Position numbers and translations under genes: made by a program
Assembly: GCA_964016885.1 (NCBI GenBank)
Contig: OZ024743.1
Location: 324,074,001 to 324,138,000 of the forward strand
DNA: 64,000 bases
DNA from: Eledone cirrhosa
Lineage: Eukaryota
Direction: 5' to 3'
Shown: positions 51,879-64,000 of the stretch, one piece after another
How positions within the stretch are numbered: the first letter of the stretch is position 1
Layout of the letters: every line of letters begins with the position of its first letter
Notes under the pieces: model-generated
Told to the model about the DNA's origin: nothing
Seen by the model: only the letters and a program-made list of their open reading frames with translations
The model's database searches: none

Positions 51879-51914
51879 TCTTCTGATGAAGGACTAGTGT
51901 TCGAAACGTTAAGA
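51879..51914 (+). ncRNA. Minimal type I hammerhead motif (Penelope pLTR type)
   Basis: TCTT-CTGATGA-A-GGAC-TAGT-GTTC-GAAA-CG-TT-AAGA, with palindromic AACGTT stem III. Confidence 0.7.
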
Positions 51915-51996
51915 CTCTTTTCTTGCTATTTCAAGCGTTAAACTAATATATATTTCTTTACTGCGTTGTTTGCTTTGTTATTTCTGTTTTACTATT

Positions 51997-52036
<40 letters not shown>

Positions 52037-52072
52037 TATATATATATTATATGATATATATATATATATATA

Positions 52073-53945
52073 TAACAATGAGTTATATACTTTGTTGATG
52101 AGTATTCAACAGAGTTATGTTCATAATAGATATGAAGCACTCTACAGAAATTTTATCTGGAGTATTATAACATTAACAATAGTAATAAATGGAAAATATC
52201 ACTATAGCATCAGATTTATTTTATTTATACATATTTCAATGATACTAAATTGTAGAATGCTTTCATCAGATCAGATAAATACAATATTTGATGTATAAGA
52301 TAGTGACATACCCAAAGTATAAACCTCCAACGTCAGCTTACAATGGGTATGTGAATTAGAATCTCAAAATTTCGTAGGATATAACTTAATAGTGATATAT
52401 TAAACAGATAAAAAGACCGTTATTATAGACGCTTGAAAATTTTGAAAAATAGTGTAATTATATTTGTCGTGAGGCAGCTGTTAAAGGGTGATGTATTAAT
52501 TAGTGGATATATATGCGTAGAAAATATTCGCGTATATACGGATATATTCGCGTATGTAGATTAACGTATATACATAGACGCACATCTTATATTTTAAAGT
52601 TAGGAGAAATATTTATATTGGTTATATAAAGAAATTGTTGTAGGGTAGTATATTATAACATATAGGTATATATGGTTAAAATATATGGATATTATAGTCA
52701 TGTATATAACTAATTTTATTAATAAATGTATGAAAGATTTATCAATATTTAATTTACATAAGTAAAACAAACAACAGGGAAGTAGCTCTTATTAGTTTAT
52801 AATGTTTTATAAAGAATTTCTTAAAACCATATTCTAAAGGTGATTTTGATAAAGGTATTTGTTATTTTGAATGAATACATATATTGTTTATATCAAATGG
52901 AACCTATAATTATATTTTGTATATTGTTATCTATATGGTAAAATAAGTGAATTATAATATATATAATACTGGTACCTAATAATTTAACCATAAATCTTAT
53001 GAAAAGATTTAGAAATTCTGTGTAAACTAGGAGCTAAAAACCTCATTTTAAAAATTAATAATAGATCCTGTGTGTGAGTAATAATATGAAAGGATTTCTT
53101 CATTACAGAAGTGACATATAGAGGAATTTTGGTAATGTGATGCACTTTCAAGTTTTTTCCCAGGATATTGAATAATCAATGTTTTTGTTTTTTAAAGACC
53201 AAATTAATTGTGATAGGGAAGTTGAGAATTTATTATCTATTCGTTTAAATGTATATTTTATGGTATATACCAACGTTCTTTAAATTTTGATGAAGTCGCC
53301 CTCCTATGTAATTATACAGTTTATCATTAGTTTAACAGTGCATTTATATAATAAATTTCTGTCAAGGCAGTTTATTATCTAATGGACAAGAGAGACTGTT
53401 CTTACAATTACAATTTCTTATGTTGTTATTTGATGATATAGCTCTATTATTCAGGTGTAAATTATTATTATTGTTAAGGCTATTATCAGTATTATTGTTA
53501 TTGCTCAGGTTTTTTCTATTTGGTTTAATTTGGGATTCCTATTTATTAATTTTTGCTATATTTTGGGCTATGTTCATATATATATAATATATATATATTA
53601 TATATATATATATAATATCAGATAATGGAAGTAATATTTTAATGCTCTGCTTGATTCTATGTTCTTTTTGTGAGATATTAATAATATAATCCATAACATT
53701 ATCTGTATGAGTGTCGTCTGATTTTGGTATTGTTCGCGCCAAATTTACATCAAGCAGTTATAATGCAGCTAGTCAATATTTTCTATATCAATATAAATTC
53801 ATTTGTTTATGAAGTGTTCAATATATATATGGGAAACAGTCTTTCTTTTAATATATGTGTTGTTCCAAACTGTAGAGGTTTTATTAGAAAATATGAGAAA
53901 GGTTCTAATAAAGAATTTAAAACTTAAAAATAGTTGTCTTAACAA
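52073..53945 (-). mobile_element. Decayed Penelope-like element (GIY-YIG endonuclease region ~53010-53420 plus 3' region)
   Basis: Frameshifted minus-strand peptides NCNC, SCPLDN, NCLDRNLLYKCTV, YNYIG, FKERWY, HKYTF, STSLSQLIWSLK, SISWE, ICHFCNEE; upstream MNIAQNIAKINK. Confidence 0.85.
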
Positions 53946-54029
53946 CACACACACATACATATATACATACATGCACACACTCACATTATAATTAAATATA
54001 TATATACATACATAGATGCGCTCACACAC

Positions 54030-54575
54030 ACTATAATATATATAATATATATTATATATATATTATATTATATACATATATATATACATATATATACATA
54101 TATACTATACATATATATACATATATAATAATACATTATACATATAAATATACATATATATATATACAATATATATACATAATATATATATACATATACA
54201 TATATATATACATAATATATACATATATAATATACATATATATGACATATATACATATAATATACATATACATATATATATACATATATAATATACAATA
54301 ATATATATAATATACATATAATACATATATATACATATAATATACATATATATACATATACATATATACATATATATATACATATTATATACAATATATA
54401 ATATATATACATATATATCATTATATATATATACATACATATATATATAATACATATATACATATATATAATATTCATATATATTACATATACATATATA
54501 TACATATATATACATATATATACATATATATATACATATATATACATATATATACTAATATATATATATACATAT

Positions 54576-54607
<32 letters not shown>

Positions 54608-54624
54608 CATATATATATATATAC

Positions 54625-54666
<42 letters not shown>

Positions 54667-54771
54667 AATATATATACATATATATATATAATATATATAA
54701 TATTATATAATATATATATATACTATAATATTATAATATATATATATATATATAATATATTATATATATAC

Positions 54772-54815
<44 letters not shown>

Positions 54816-54912
54816 ATACATATATATATAATATATATATATACATTATAATATATATATATACATATATATATATATAATATCATATATATATATATAA
54901 TATATACATATA

Positions 54913-54943
<31 letters not shown>

Positions 54944-54990
54944 CATATATATATTATATACATATATAATATATATTACATATATATTAC

Positions 54991-55021
<31 letters not shown>

Positions 55022-55365
55022 CATATATAATAATATATATAATATATACTATATTATATTATAATACTATATATAGTATATATATATATTACATATATAT
55101 ATACTATATATATATACATATATATATTACTTATATATATATATATATATTATACATATATAATATTATATACATATATATATAGTATATATATATACAT
55201 AGACATACATACATAATAATATATATATACTATTATATATATATATATATATATATACTATATACATATATACATATACTACTATATATACATATACATA
55301 AATTATATACATATATATACATATATAATATATACTAATATATATATTAATATATATACATACAA
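54030..55365. repeat. Degenerate (TA)n/(TACA)n low-complexity tract
   Basis: About 1.3 kb made almost entirely of TA/CA dinucleotides. Confidence 0.95.
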
Positions 55366-55448
55366 CATGTATAATTTGAATGCTGGATATTTACGTTGTA
55401 TTTTTGTGACAATAGTGTTTTATATACGAGTACAAACAATATATATAC

Positions 55449-55878
55449 ATCATCACCATTCTACAGCCAGTTTCCATACTGGCATGGCTTGGATGGGCTG
55501 AACCGTTCTGAGACTAGACAGGTCAGATGACCACATATTGTTCATAACATTCCAGTTTGGCATGGTTTCTATGGTTGGATGCACTTTTTATAGTATGTAT
55601 TAGGTGTATTTTACCATGGTACCAGCACTACCACTATACAGATTGTTCAGGGTTCATATTATCATGGCACATGTGCAAACACTTTTATAGCAAGAACTGG
55701 GTGCATTTTATCACAATCAGGCCTCTACCACTATCAACATGGGTTGGGTGCAATTTACTGTGGCACTAACGCAATAACTTTATAGAGCTGGCTGAGTACA
55801 TTTAACCATAACACCAGTGCCACCACTTTGCAGAATGGGTTGGGTGTATTTCATCATGGCACCAGTGTCACCACTTAA
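55449..55878 (-). mobile_element. Diverged RTE-type 3' UTR with ~6 internal modules
   Basis: (CAT)n start, TTCCATACTGGCATGGCTTGG, and repeated CACCAG...CCACTTT.CAGA.TG..TGGGTG.ATTT modules. Confidence 0.65.
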
Positions 55879-57264
55879 CACACACATACATATACATAGT
55901 GGAAATCAACTTGGTCCAAGTAGGGCCACTTTTTAGACAAAAAAAATTAACATTGTAAATAACATGTTAATGTTACTTTAACACCCACAACTCCTTGCTG
56001 CATCAAAAACATATATTACACTGATACATGATCTTTATGTAAGCGACTGTGATCTTGTTAGTCACCTCTGATGGACTGCTTCTCAACAGTTTGTGATGAG
56101 TTTTGGCTGACAATCAGCCTGAAAAAGATAGTGGTGATGTACCAACATGCACTCAGAAAGCCAAATATTCTACTATATATATCTGTCAAAGGGAAAATAT
56201 TAAAGGTTGCGACTACCGGGTAGTATTTTCTTCAGAACCACCCCCTTGATAAAATGCACTCAGTAGAGCACAGAATCATATGCTAGTAAGATGCTGGCCT
56301 CCAATCCATCTGAAAGGTCAGCAGCTCGGCTTGAGTACTGACTCGGTCTGTGAAAACTAGTCCAACCATTACTAACAGGGTAAAAGGATGTTAAAGAAGA
56401 TGATGATTATACACACGCAACACACACACACACACACACACACATTTATATATATATATATATAAGTTTAATGAAGCTATCTGTTTACAATCTGTCTAGC
56501 CCTGGCCACTATCTAGTCACTCAATGAATTTGCAAAAATTGTATGTTGTAAATATGAATTTGTAACCCAGAGTGGACACTATACATTGATTAGTAGATAA
56601 ACGATTTTGTGTGGGTACAGTTAATACACCCAAACTGTACATATAAGGGACTGGAATTACATGTCCTGGTTAAATTGCTATATATACAGGGCTGGCCTCC
56701 CATTAAATATGAGCAGCCACCTTTGCTGAAAACCTCTGAGAAATGAATTACTGAACCTTTAAGAATCAGTTTTATACAGTATTACCAATAAACTCAACTA
56801 GGCAACCACCTTGGACACAGACCTCTGACAGGTGCATTACTGAACCTTAACGAATCACAGTTTTATACACATTTGTATGATTAAATAAAATATATTATAA
56901 TTTTCTGCAATCAATAAATAAATCATTAAACATCTTTGCTGCATAGCAGTGTTGTGGAAATATCCGAAGCAGTGGTGAGAGTTGTATGGTGTTATGACCT
57001 GTCACATGATTTGGTGTGGGTGCATGCAGACTCTATAGCAGAGAATATATTTAAAGTGTTCATATATATACAGAAGGAACAGTCTTTCTTTTATACACAT
57101 GTTTCAAACAAACAGAAGAGGTTGTATTAGAAAATACGAGAAGATTCTAATAAAACTTGAAAAATAATTGTCATAACAACCCCACCTCCCTCACACATGA
57201 TTTATATAGAGAGAGAGAAGTCAAGGAAACATGAAATGAAGGAACAAGAGGCTGCAATAACAAA

Positions 57265-57935
57265 GTCTGTAATAGTAATATATGTGAACGGCAAAGGATA
57301 AATGAACTAAGTGAAAAATTAGGAATAAGAGGATCAGATGCTGTTTACTTGAGAGAAGACTACGTTCGTATGGTCACGTGATGCGCATGAAAGATGACAG
57401 CTGCATAAAAAATTGTAGGGCAATCAAAATTGATGGTAGTTACGGAGTAGGTAGACCCAGAAAAACCTGGGATGATCTGATAACTTTCAACCTCACACAC
57501 TTGCACCTCTCTCAGACAATGTCTCTGGACCGAGATCTTTGGCGCTACGCAGTAATACAGAAGACCCGCCTTGCCTATGTACAAAGCGAAACCTACAGTC
57601 AGTAGGCACCTCTTAACCAAATATACACCCCAAACCACTACCCATACCCTATCCTCCCACTCTCACTAACAGCATGAGAAAATAAGATCGAGATCGTGTA
57701 GGTGTCACGACAAAAAACACACACCTACACGGCCACATTAAAGCATGGACTAACACGGAAAAAAGTTCCCAGTTCCACACTGTAAATGTGGTTGGTGTTA
57801 GGAAGGGCATCCTGCCAAATAGTCCTATATGAGCGAGACACGGTCACCCGACCAGCCTTGCTCAAGCGGGACAACTCCCGTCTAACCCATGCTAGCGTGG
57901 AAAATGGACATTAAACGAATATGATGATGATGATG
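57265..57935 (+). mobile_element. RTE LINE 3' fragment
   Basis: Reads MRMKDDSCIKNCRAIKIDGSYGVGRPRKTW, followed by the 3' UTR and (GAT)n tail. Confidence 0.9.
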
Positions 57936-58009
57936 TATTAGTTTCATGCTTGGTGAAAAAGTTACATAGTCAATGTAACACAAAAGGAAAAAAGCAAAGA
58001 AAAAAAAGA

Positions 58010-58413
58010 TGTGTGTGTGTGTGTGTGTGTGTGTGTGGTGTGGTGTGTGTGTGTGTGTGTGTGTGTGTGGTGTGGTGTGGTGTGTGTGTGGTGTGGTGTG
58101 GTGTGTGTGTGGTGTGGTGTGTGTGTGGTGTGTGTGTGGTGTGGTGTGGTGTGGTGTGTGTGTGGTGTGGTGGTGTGGTGTGGTGTGGTGTGGTGTGGTG
58201 TGGTGTGGTGTGGTGTGGTGTGGTGTGGTGTGGTGTGGTGTGGTGTGGTGTGGTGTGGTGTGGTGTGGTGTGGTGTGTGTGGTGTGGTGTGGTGTGTGTG
58301 GTGTGGTGTGTGTGGTGTGGTGTGGTGTGTGTGGTGTGTGTGGTGTGTGTGGTGTGTGTGTGGTGTGTGTGGTGTGTGTGGTGTGTGGTGTGTGGTGTGT
58401 GTGTGTGTGTGTG
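58010..58413. repeat. (GT)n/(GTGTG)n microsatellite
   Basis: Pure G/T tract with a central pentanucleotide (TGGTG)n array. Confidence 0.95.
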
Positions 58414-58442
58414 TATATAGATATATATAGATATATATATAG

Positions 58443-58785
58443 AGGCACATGGCTTAGTGGTTAGAGCATTGGCCTTGCAATCGAAAGGTTGTGAGTTCAA
58501 TTCTCAGACCGAGTGATGTGTTGTTTCCTTGAGCAAGACACTTTATTTCACATTGCTCCAGTTTACTCAGCTGTAGAAATGAGATGATAGGGACTGGGGT
58601 CCATATCATTTCACTGCAAAGTGGTCATGGAGGTGCCATCGCAAAAAAGCACCCAGCACTCACTGTAAATGAGGTTGGTGTTAGGAAGGGCATCCAGCTG
58701 TAGAAATCAAGCCAGAATCAGTTCCCGTCTCACCCTTGCAAGCAGGGAAAAAGCGGACGTAAAATGAAATGATGATGAAATGATA
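58443..58785 (+). mobile_element. SINE type B head (58443-58585) followed by an RTE 3' UTR fragment (58615-58785)
   Basis: GGCACATGGCTTAGTGGTTAGAGC A-box, GAGTTCAATT B-box, CORE-like block, then GGTGTTAGGAAGGGCATCCAGCTGTAG and a GATGATG tail. Confidence 0.8.
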
Positions 58786-58798
58786 CATACATACACAC

Positions 58799-58830
<32 letters not shown>

Positions 58831-58992
58831 GAACATACATACATGATGATGATGGCTGAAACTCGATTTTGAGTAATGCCATCACAGGGACTTGCCTATG
58901 GCCAGCAATACCATGAATCACAAAGAATGTCACATATCAAGTGATGCCTGTGCCTAAGTGAGGAAAAGCTTTGCATGGTCGGGTTGTTGGCA

Positions 58993-59023
<31 letters not shown>

Positions 59024-60510
59024 TGCATGCACACGCATTAATGTTGTCTGTTTTAGTGTAAAATAAACATTGTGGCAAAGCAAACTTCTTAATCACGCCT
59101 GTCCCTATAAGACAGTAGATTTTCCAAGAATACCGTAACCCCTTCATTATAAGATCTTTAATGAAAATTACTGTCTATAGTTTTCTATTAATTTTGAAAA
59201 AAAGAAAATGGTAGGATTTAATCACACAACTAACGTTTTCAGGATTATGTTTGTATTTGAAACTTAACATAACACAAATTTCTTACATAAAATTATGATG
59301 GAAGGTTTAAATTTAAATATGAATATTTAAAAATAAACAGCTTTGTATCATAGAACCAAGGGTGGGTACATATGGGTTAACAATGGCAATTTACCAAAAT
59401 AAATTGACAAAATTGAGAGAAAGAGAGAGAGCATGAAGAGATATTTTGAGCAGATCAGATCAGATTGGTAATAATATTCTAGTGCTGAATGAGTCTGGAT
59501 ATATTTGCTGCCATTAATGCTGCTTTACCAATTCCACAGTTGTTCTATTTTCTGCAGTGCAGCTAGTTATTGATTGGTGTCAGCTTTGTATGAAGAACAA
59601 GTGTAGTTGTTAAGTACATGCTTGAAAACTGGAACAGTTTTACGGTAGAGGAGAAAAGGGGAGAGAGAAGGGAAAACACGGGGAAGAAGAAGAAAGATGA
59701 AGTGTAAGTTATTAGAGTAACATAGAGGTTCATTTAAGAATGTTAGCACAGCTTAATTAATAAAGCAAGCAGTAGGATTTCTGGCAACACATTATCATCA
59801 CCATCTCCACCACCATCAATACCATTATCACCACTACCATCATCATTATTATGATTATGATAATTTTACATTTGCTTTCCATGGTTGGGTTGGCTGGGTC
59901 CCAGTCAGTTTTTATTCAGGATTACTTCCCTTTTAGATGGGTCAGAAGGCCCCATAACACTTGTATGTTTTAGATTTTGGCATGGTTTCTGCAGCAGGAT
60001 TCACCTGCCTAATATTTTATCATAGTGAGGTTGTTAGGTCCTCGACAAGACTAAAATTTCCCCTCTACCCTATGCTGTTTTTGTTCAATTATCAACCACT
60101 TTGCAGAGTGCAATTTATTATAGAACCAGCAGCACTGAGGTTGACAGTGTCTATTCAATCAGTAACCACTTTACAGTGTGTGAGGGATGGGCTCCACCAG
60201 GCTTAAAATTCCCAAGAAATGCCATATGTCACTACAGTGCCTCTAGGACTCTCCCAGGAGTTGCGGGACCACATCATCATGTGTGTATGTGCATCTAAGT
60301 GTTTGTTTATTCCTGTCTTACCTCTTCTTTTTGTATTTGATATTGCCAGGGCAGACAGTGTTAATTATCTATGTCCTTCATAAATAGCAGTTAGACATAA
60401 AGATCCATAAATGAGCAATGACATGCTAAAAGTCTCACCTCACTTATGCCAACATAGAAAATAATAAGTGCAAAACTAACAATGATTATTATTATTATTA
60501 AGACCCTTCC

Positions 60511-60704
60511 TGGGCGGTGGATTGGCAGTATCGGTAGAGAGTTGGACACCATGCTTTGAAGCATAGAGTTACGTCCCTTTATGATCTGAGTTCAAATCCC
60601 GCCGAGGTTAACTTTGCCTTTCACCCTTACGGGGTCGATAAAATAAAGAACCAGTAATGTTCTGGGTAATTGCTGGCCTTGTGCCAAAAATAGAAACAAT
60701 TATT
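60511..60704 (+). mobile_element. SINE type A, full length, with target-site duplication
   Basis: GGGCGGTGGATTGGCAGTATCGGTAGAG start. ATTATTAAGACCCTT occurs both just upstream and at the 3' end. Confidence 0.9.
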
Positions 60705-60934
60705 AAGACCCTTTAGTTGTGTCAAACACATGACAACCTCTTTAGTGCTGTTGATATGATGGAATGCACTTGGTTGAGCATGGGATAGTATGTAAGTGAG
60801 ATGCTTACCCTAACCTGTCTGGGAGATTCATAGCCTCAATTGAGTACTAAGTCTGTGAAGACCCATCCAACCCTTGCTAGCAGGGAAAGCAAACAATAAA
60901 TTATTATTATTATCATTATTTATTGTTTCATCCA

Positions 60935-61108
60935 TGGTAGAGGGTCGGACGCCATGCTTTGACGTATAGAGTTACGGTCCTTGCCATTCTGAGTTCAAAT
61001 CCTGCCAAGGTTAACTTTGCCTTTCATCCTTACAGGGTCGATAAAATAAAGTACCAGTAATGCACTGGGTAATTGCTGGACTTGTGCCAAACGTAGAAAC
61101 AATTATTA
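60935..61108 (+). mobile_element. SINE type A
   Basis: GGTAGAGGGTCGGACGCC...GAGTTCAAATCC...GTCGATAAAATAAAGTACCAG. Confidence 0.88.
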
Positions 61109-61399
61109 TTTTACTTTTGTTCTTACATGGCACTGATGTTTTAGGTAGTTGAAGTGCACTTCCTGTCAGACAATAACCCATGGTCTGATGGGATGAAAAA
61201 CATTCTTGTCCTTTCTTCTATTAACCTCTTCAGTGCCTAAGATGAGATAATTTGTCCTAACGTGTGCATTCCAGTGCCACAAAGGAAATAACATGTCCGA
61301 ACTCCTTTCCAAAAGTTCATAACTTCAAAGTTATGAACTCATATCTTCAAAGCTACATAGTTCAGGTTCTTCCATAACTGTTCACAACTGTCTTGATTT

Positions 61400-61648
61400 T
61401 ATGTCAGGGACTCCCCCACAAATATGATGATTCTTGATGATCCAATCAAACAACTTTTATCCACCACATCCACTTCCAGATTTAGGTCTAACTTTCAAAG
61501 GTTTTACTTTCAAATTCTTTGTTACAGTTCTCAAGGCTTCAATAACAATTGCCAACATCACGGTCTTGTCAACACCTCTTTTCAGCACTTGAGGATTTCA
61601 TATTCCAAGTCAGAGTAATTGTCCTACGTTTTCTTTCTCTTATTTTTC
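61400..61648 (-). pseudogene. Decayed C-terminus of an R4/Dong-like non-LTR element (restriction-like endonuclease)
   Basis: Minus-strand peptides [26 protein letters not shown] and KSCLIGSSRII resemble the K..KY.DL..EI / PIVIGALG / QK..L.G.ARI motifs of RLE-type elements. Confidence 0.6.
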
Positions 61649-62024
61649 ACACACTACTACTACTACTGCTGCTACTGCTAATACTACTACTACTACAGCT
61701 GCTGCTATTACTCCTACTATTACTACTGCTAATACTACTACTATCACAACCGCCACAACCACCACAGCCAACACCACTACCACAACCACTACTACTACTA
61801 CTACAAAGGAAAGAGAAACCAAAGGTGTAATAAAGTACCAAAGATCTGACTTGTTAATAATCAGTTTGTATCCATTAATTATCAGTTGTGTAATCCTACT
61901 GCAAGTAATGCATTGTGCCATTGCACCTGTCAGGGGAAATATATGTAATTTAATTTGCCCAAAGTTCCATACCTTAATTAAGAAATCATTACTATCATTT
62001 AGAAGCCCATATAATAAAGAGCAA

Positions 62025-62817
<793 letters not shown>

Positions 62818-64000
62818 AGTGGAAATTTCTGAAAGCAAACCTGCTGTTGGCGACAGACGAAGTCTGTGGCTGGAGCAGGCCTGTAGGCAGGAGGAGAGTA
62901 ACATGGTGGTGGAACAATAGGGTGGAGGGGTCAATTAAGGCCAAAAAGCAGGCTTGGAAAGTATGGCGGGATGGGGGAAGTAGAGTAGACTATCAAGTGG
63001 CCAGGAGGGAAGCTAGGAGAGAAGTGTACTTAGCAAGAAGGGAAGCTGAGGAAAGAAAGTTCAAGCATGTTCTACAACGCGATGACCAAAAACGTGAGGT
63101 GTTCAGGATTGCCAGGCAATGCGTCAAGGAAAACCGTGATATTGTCGGGGAGAAGTGTGTACTTAACGATGATGGCATACTTGCCATCACCGACACTGAT
63201 AAGAAGGTAGCTTGGAAGTGTCACTATGAAAGGCTACTAAATGAGGAGAATAAATGGGAGAAAGACAGTCTCCCCCTTATCGACCCGATAGAGGGACCAG
63301 CAGTGTTAGTCGAGGGGAGTATAATAAGTAAGGCAATCAAGGATATGAAGACTGGTAAGGCGGCTGGGCCTTCGGAAATAGTTGCTGAGATGCTGAAGGC
63401 ATCTGGCACGGTGGGACACACCATGGTCACCCGCATAGTTAACCAAGTCGTACAGAATGGGGTTGTTCCGAAGGACTGGCATAGCAGCATCATCGTTAAC
63501 TGTTATAAGGGTAAAGGAGACGCCCTAGATAGGAGTAACTATAGAGGCATTAAATTAATCGACCAGGTCATGAAGGTCACGGAAAAAGTAATAGCGCAAC
63601 TAATCAGAGAGAGAATTGACCTAGATGAAATGCAGTTCGGGTTTGTGTCAGGCAAAAGTACCACAGACGCTCTTTTCATAGTACGACAACTACAGGAGAA
63701 GTACCTAGCTAAAGGTAAACCCCTCTACTTAGCTTTTGTCGACCTGGAGAAAGCCTTCGACAGAGTCCCCCGCTCCATTATCTGGTGGGCTCTTAGAAAA
63801 CTAGGCGTTGACGAATGGCTTGTGAGGGCTATACAAGCCATGTATAAAGAAACAGTCAGCAAGGTTAGAATTAACAACGAATATAGTGAAGAGTTTAGCG
63901 TAAAAGTTGGCGTCCATCAGGGCTCTGTTCTCAGCCCCCTACTATTTATTATTGCCCTTCAGGCTATAACAGAGGAGTTCAAGACAGGCTGCCCATGGGA
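62818..64000 (+). mobile_element. RTE LINE, 5'-truncated, ~99% identical to 4111-6862, continuing beyond the window
   Basis: Open frame from 62820 reads [18 protein letters not shown]...GVHQGSVLSPLLF...TGCPW. About a dozen substitutions over ~1.18 kb versus the reverse complement of 5458-6641. Confidence 0.95.

Overview
AT-rich, microsatellite-dense eukaryotic genomic DNA, almost entirely transposable elements and simple repeats. The repeat inventory (RTE LINEs ending in (GAT)n, two tRNA-derived SINE types, long (TA)n/(CA)n/(GA)n tracts) suggests an octopus or other coleoid cephalopod genome, which is an inference. No host protein-coding gene can be called with confidence, and most ORF-track entries are microsatellite artefacts. 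The only long ORF (4495-6918, minus) is a 5'-truncated but otherwise intact RTE-clade LINE whose reverse transcriptase carries a C4HC3 PHD-type zinc finger between RT motifs 6 and 7. A ~99% identical copy begins at 62818 (+) and runs off the window. Other content: several Penelope-like (GIY-YIG) remnants with type I hammerhead ribozyme motifs (1668-1750 intact; 51879-51914; degenerate at 20081-20138 and 34582-34665), a decayed Tc1/mariner transposase with related TA-flanked MITEs, TTAA-flanked piggyBac-like MITEs, an R4/Dong-like restriction-like-endonuclease remnant, several minisatellites, a 60-bp hairpin whose non-Watson-Crick pairs are almost all G-U on one strand (37511-37640), scattered minus-strand exon-like segments, and a 200-N scaffold gap. 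All alignments and folds were done by eye.
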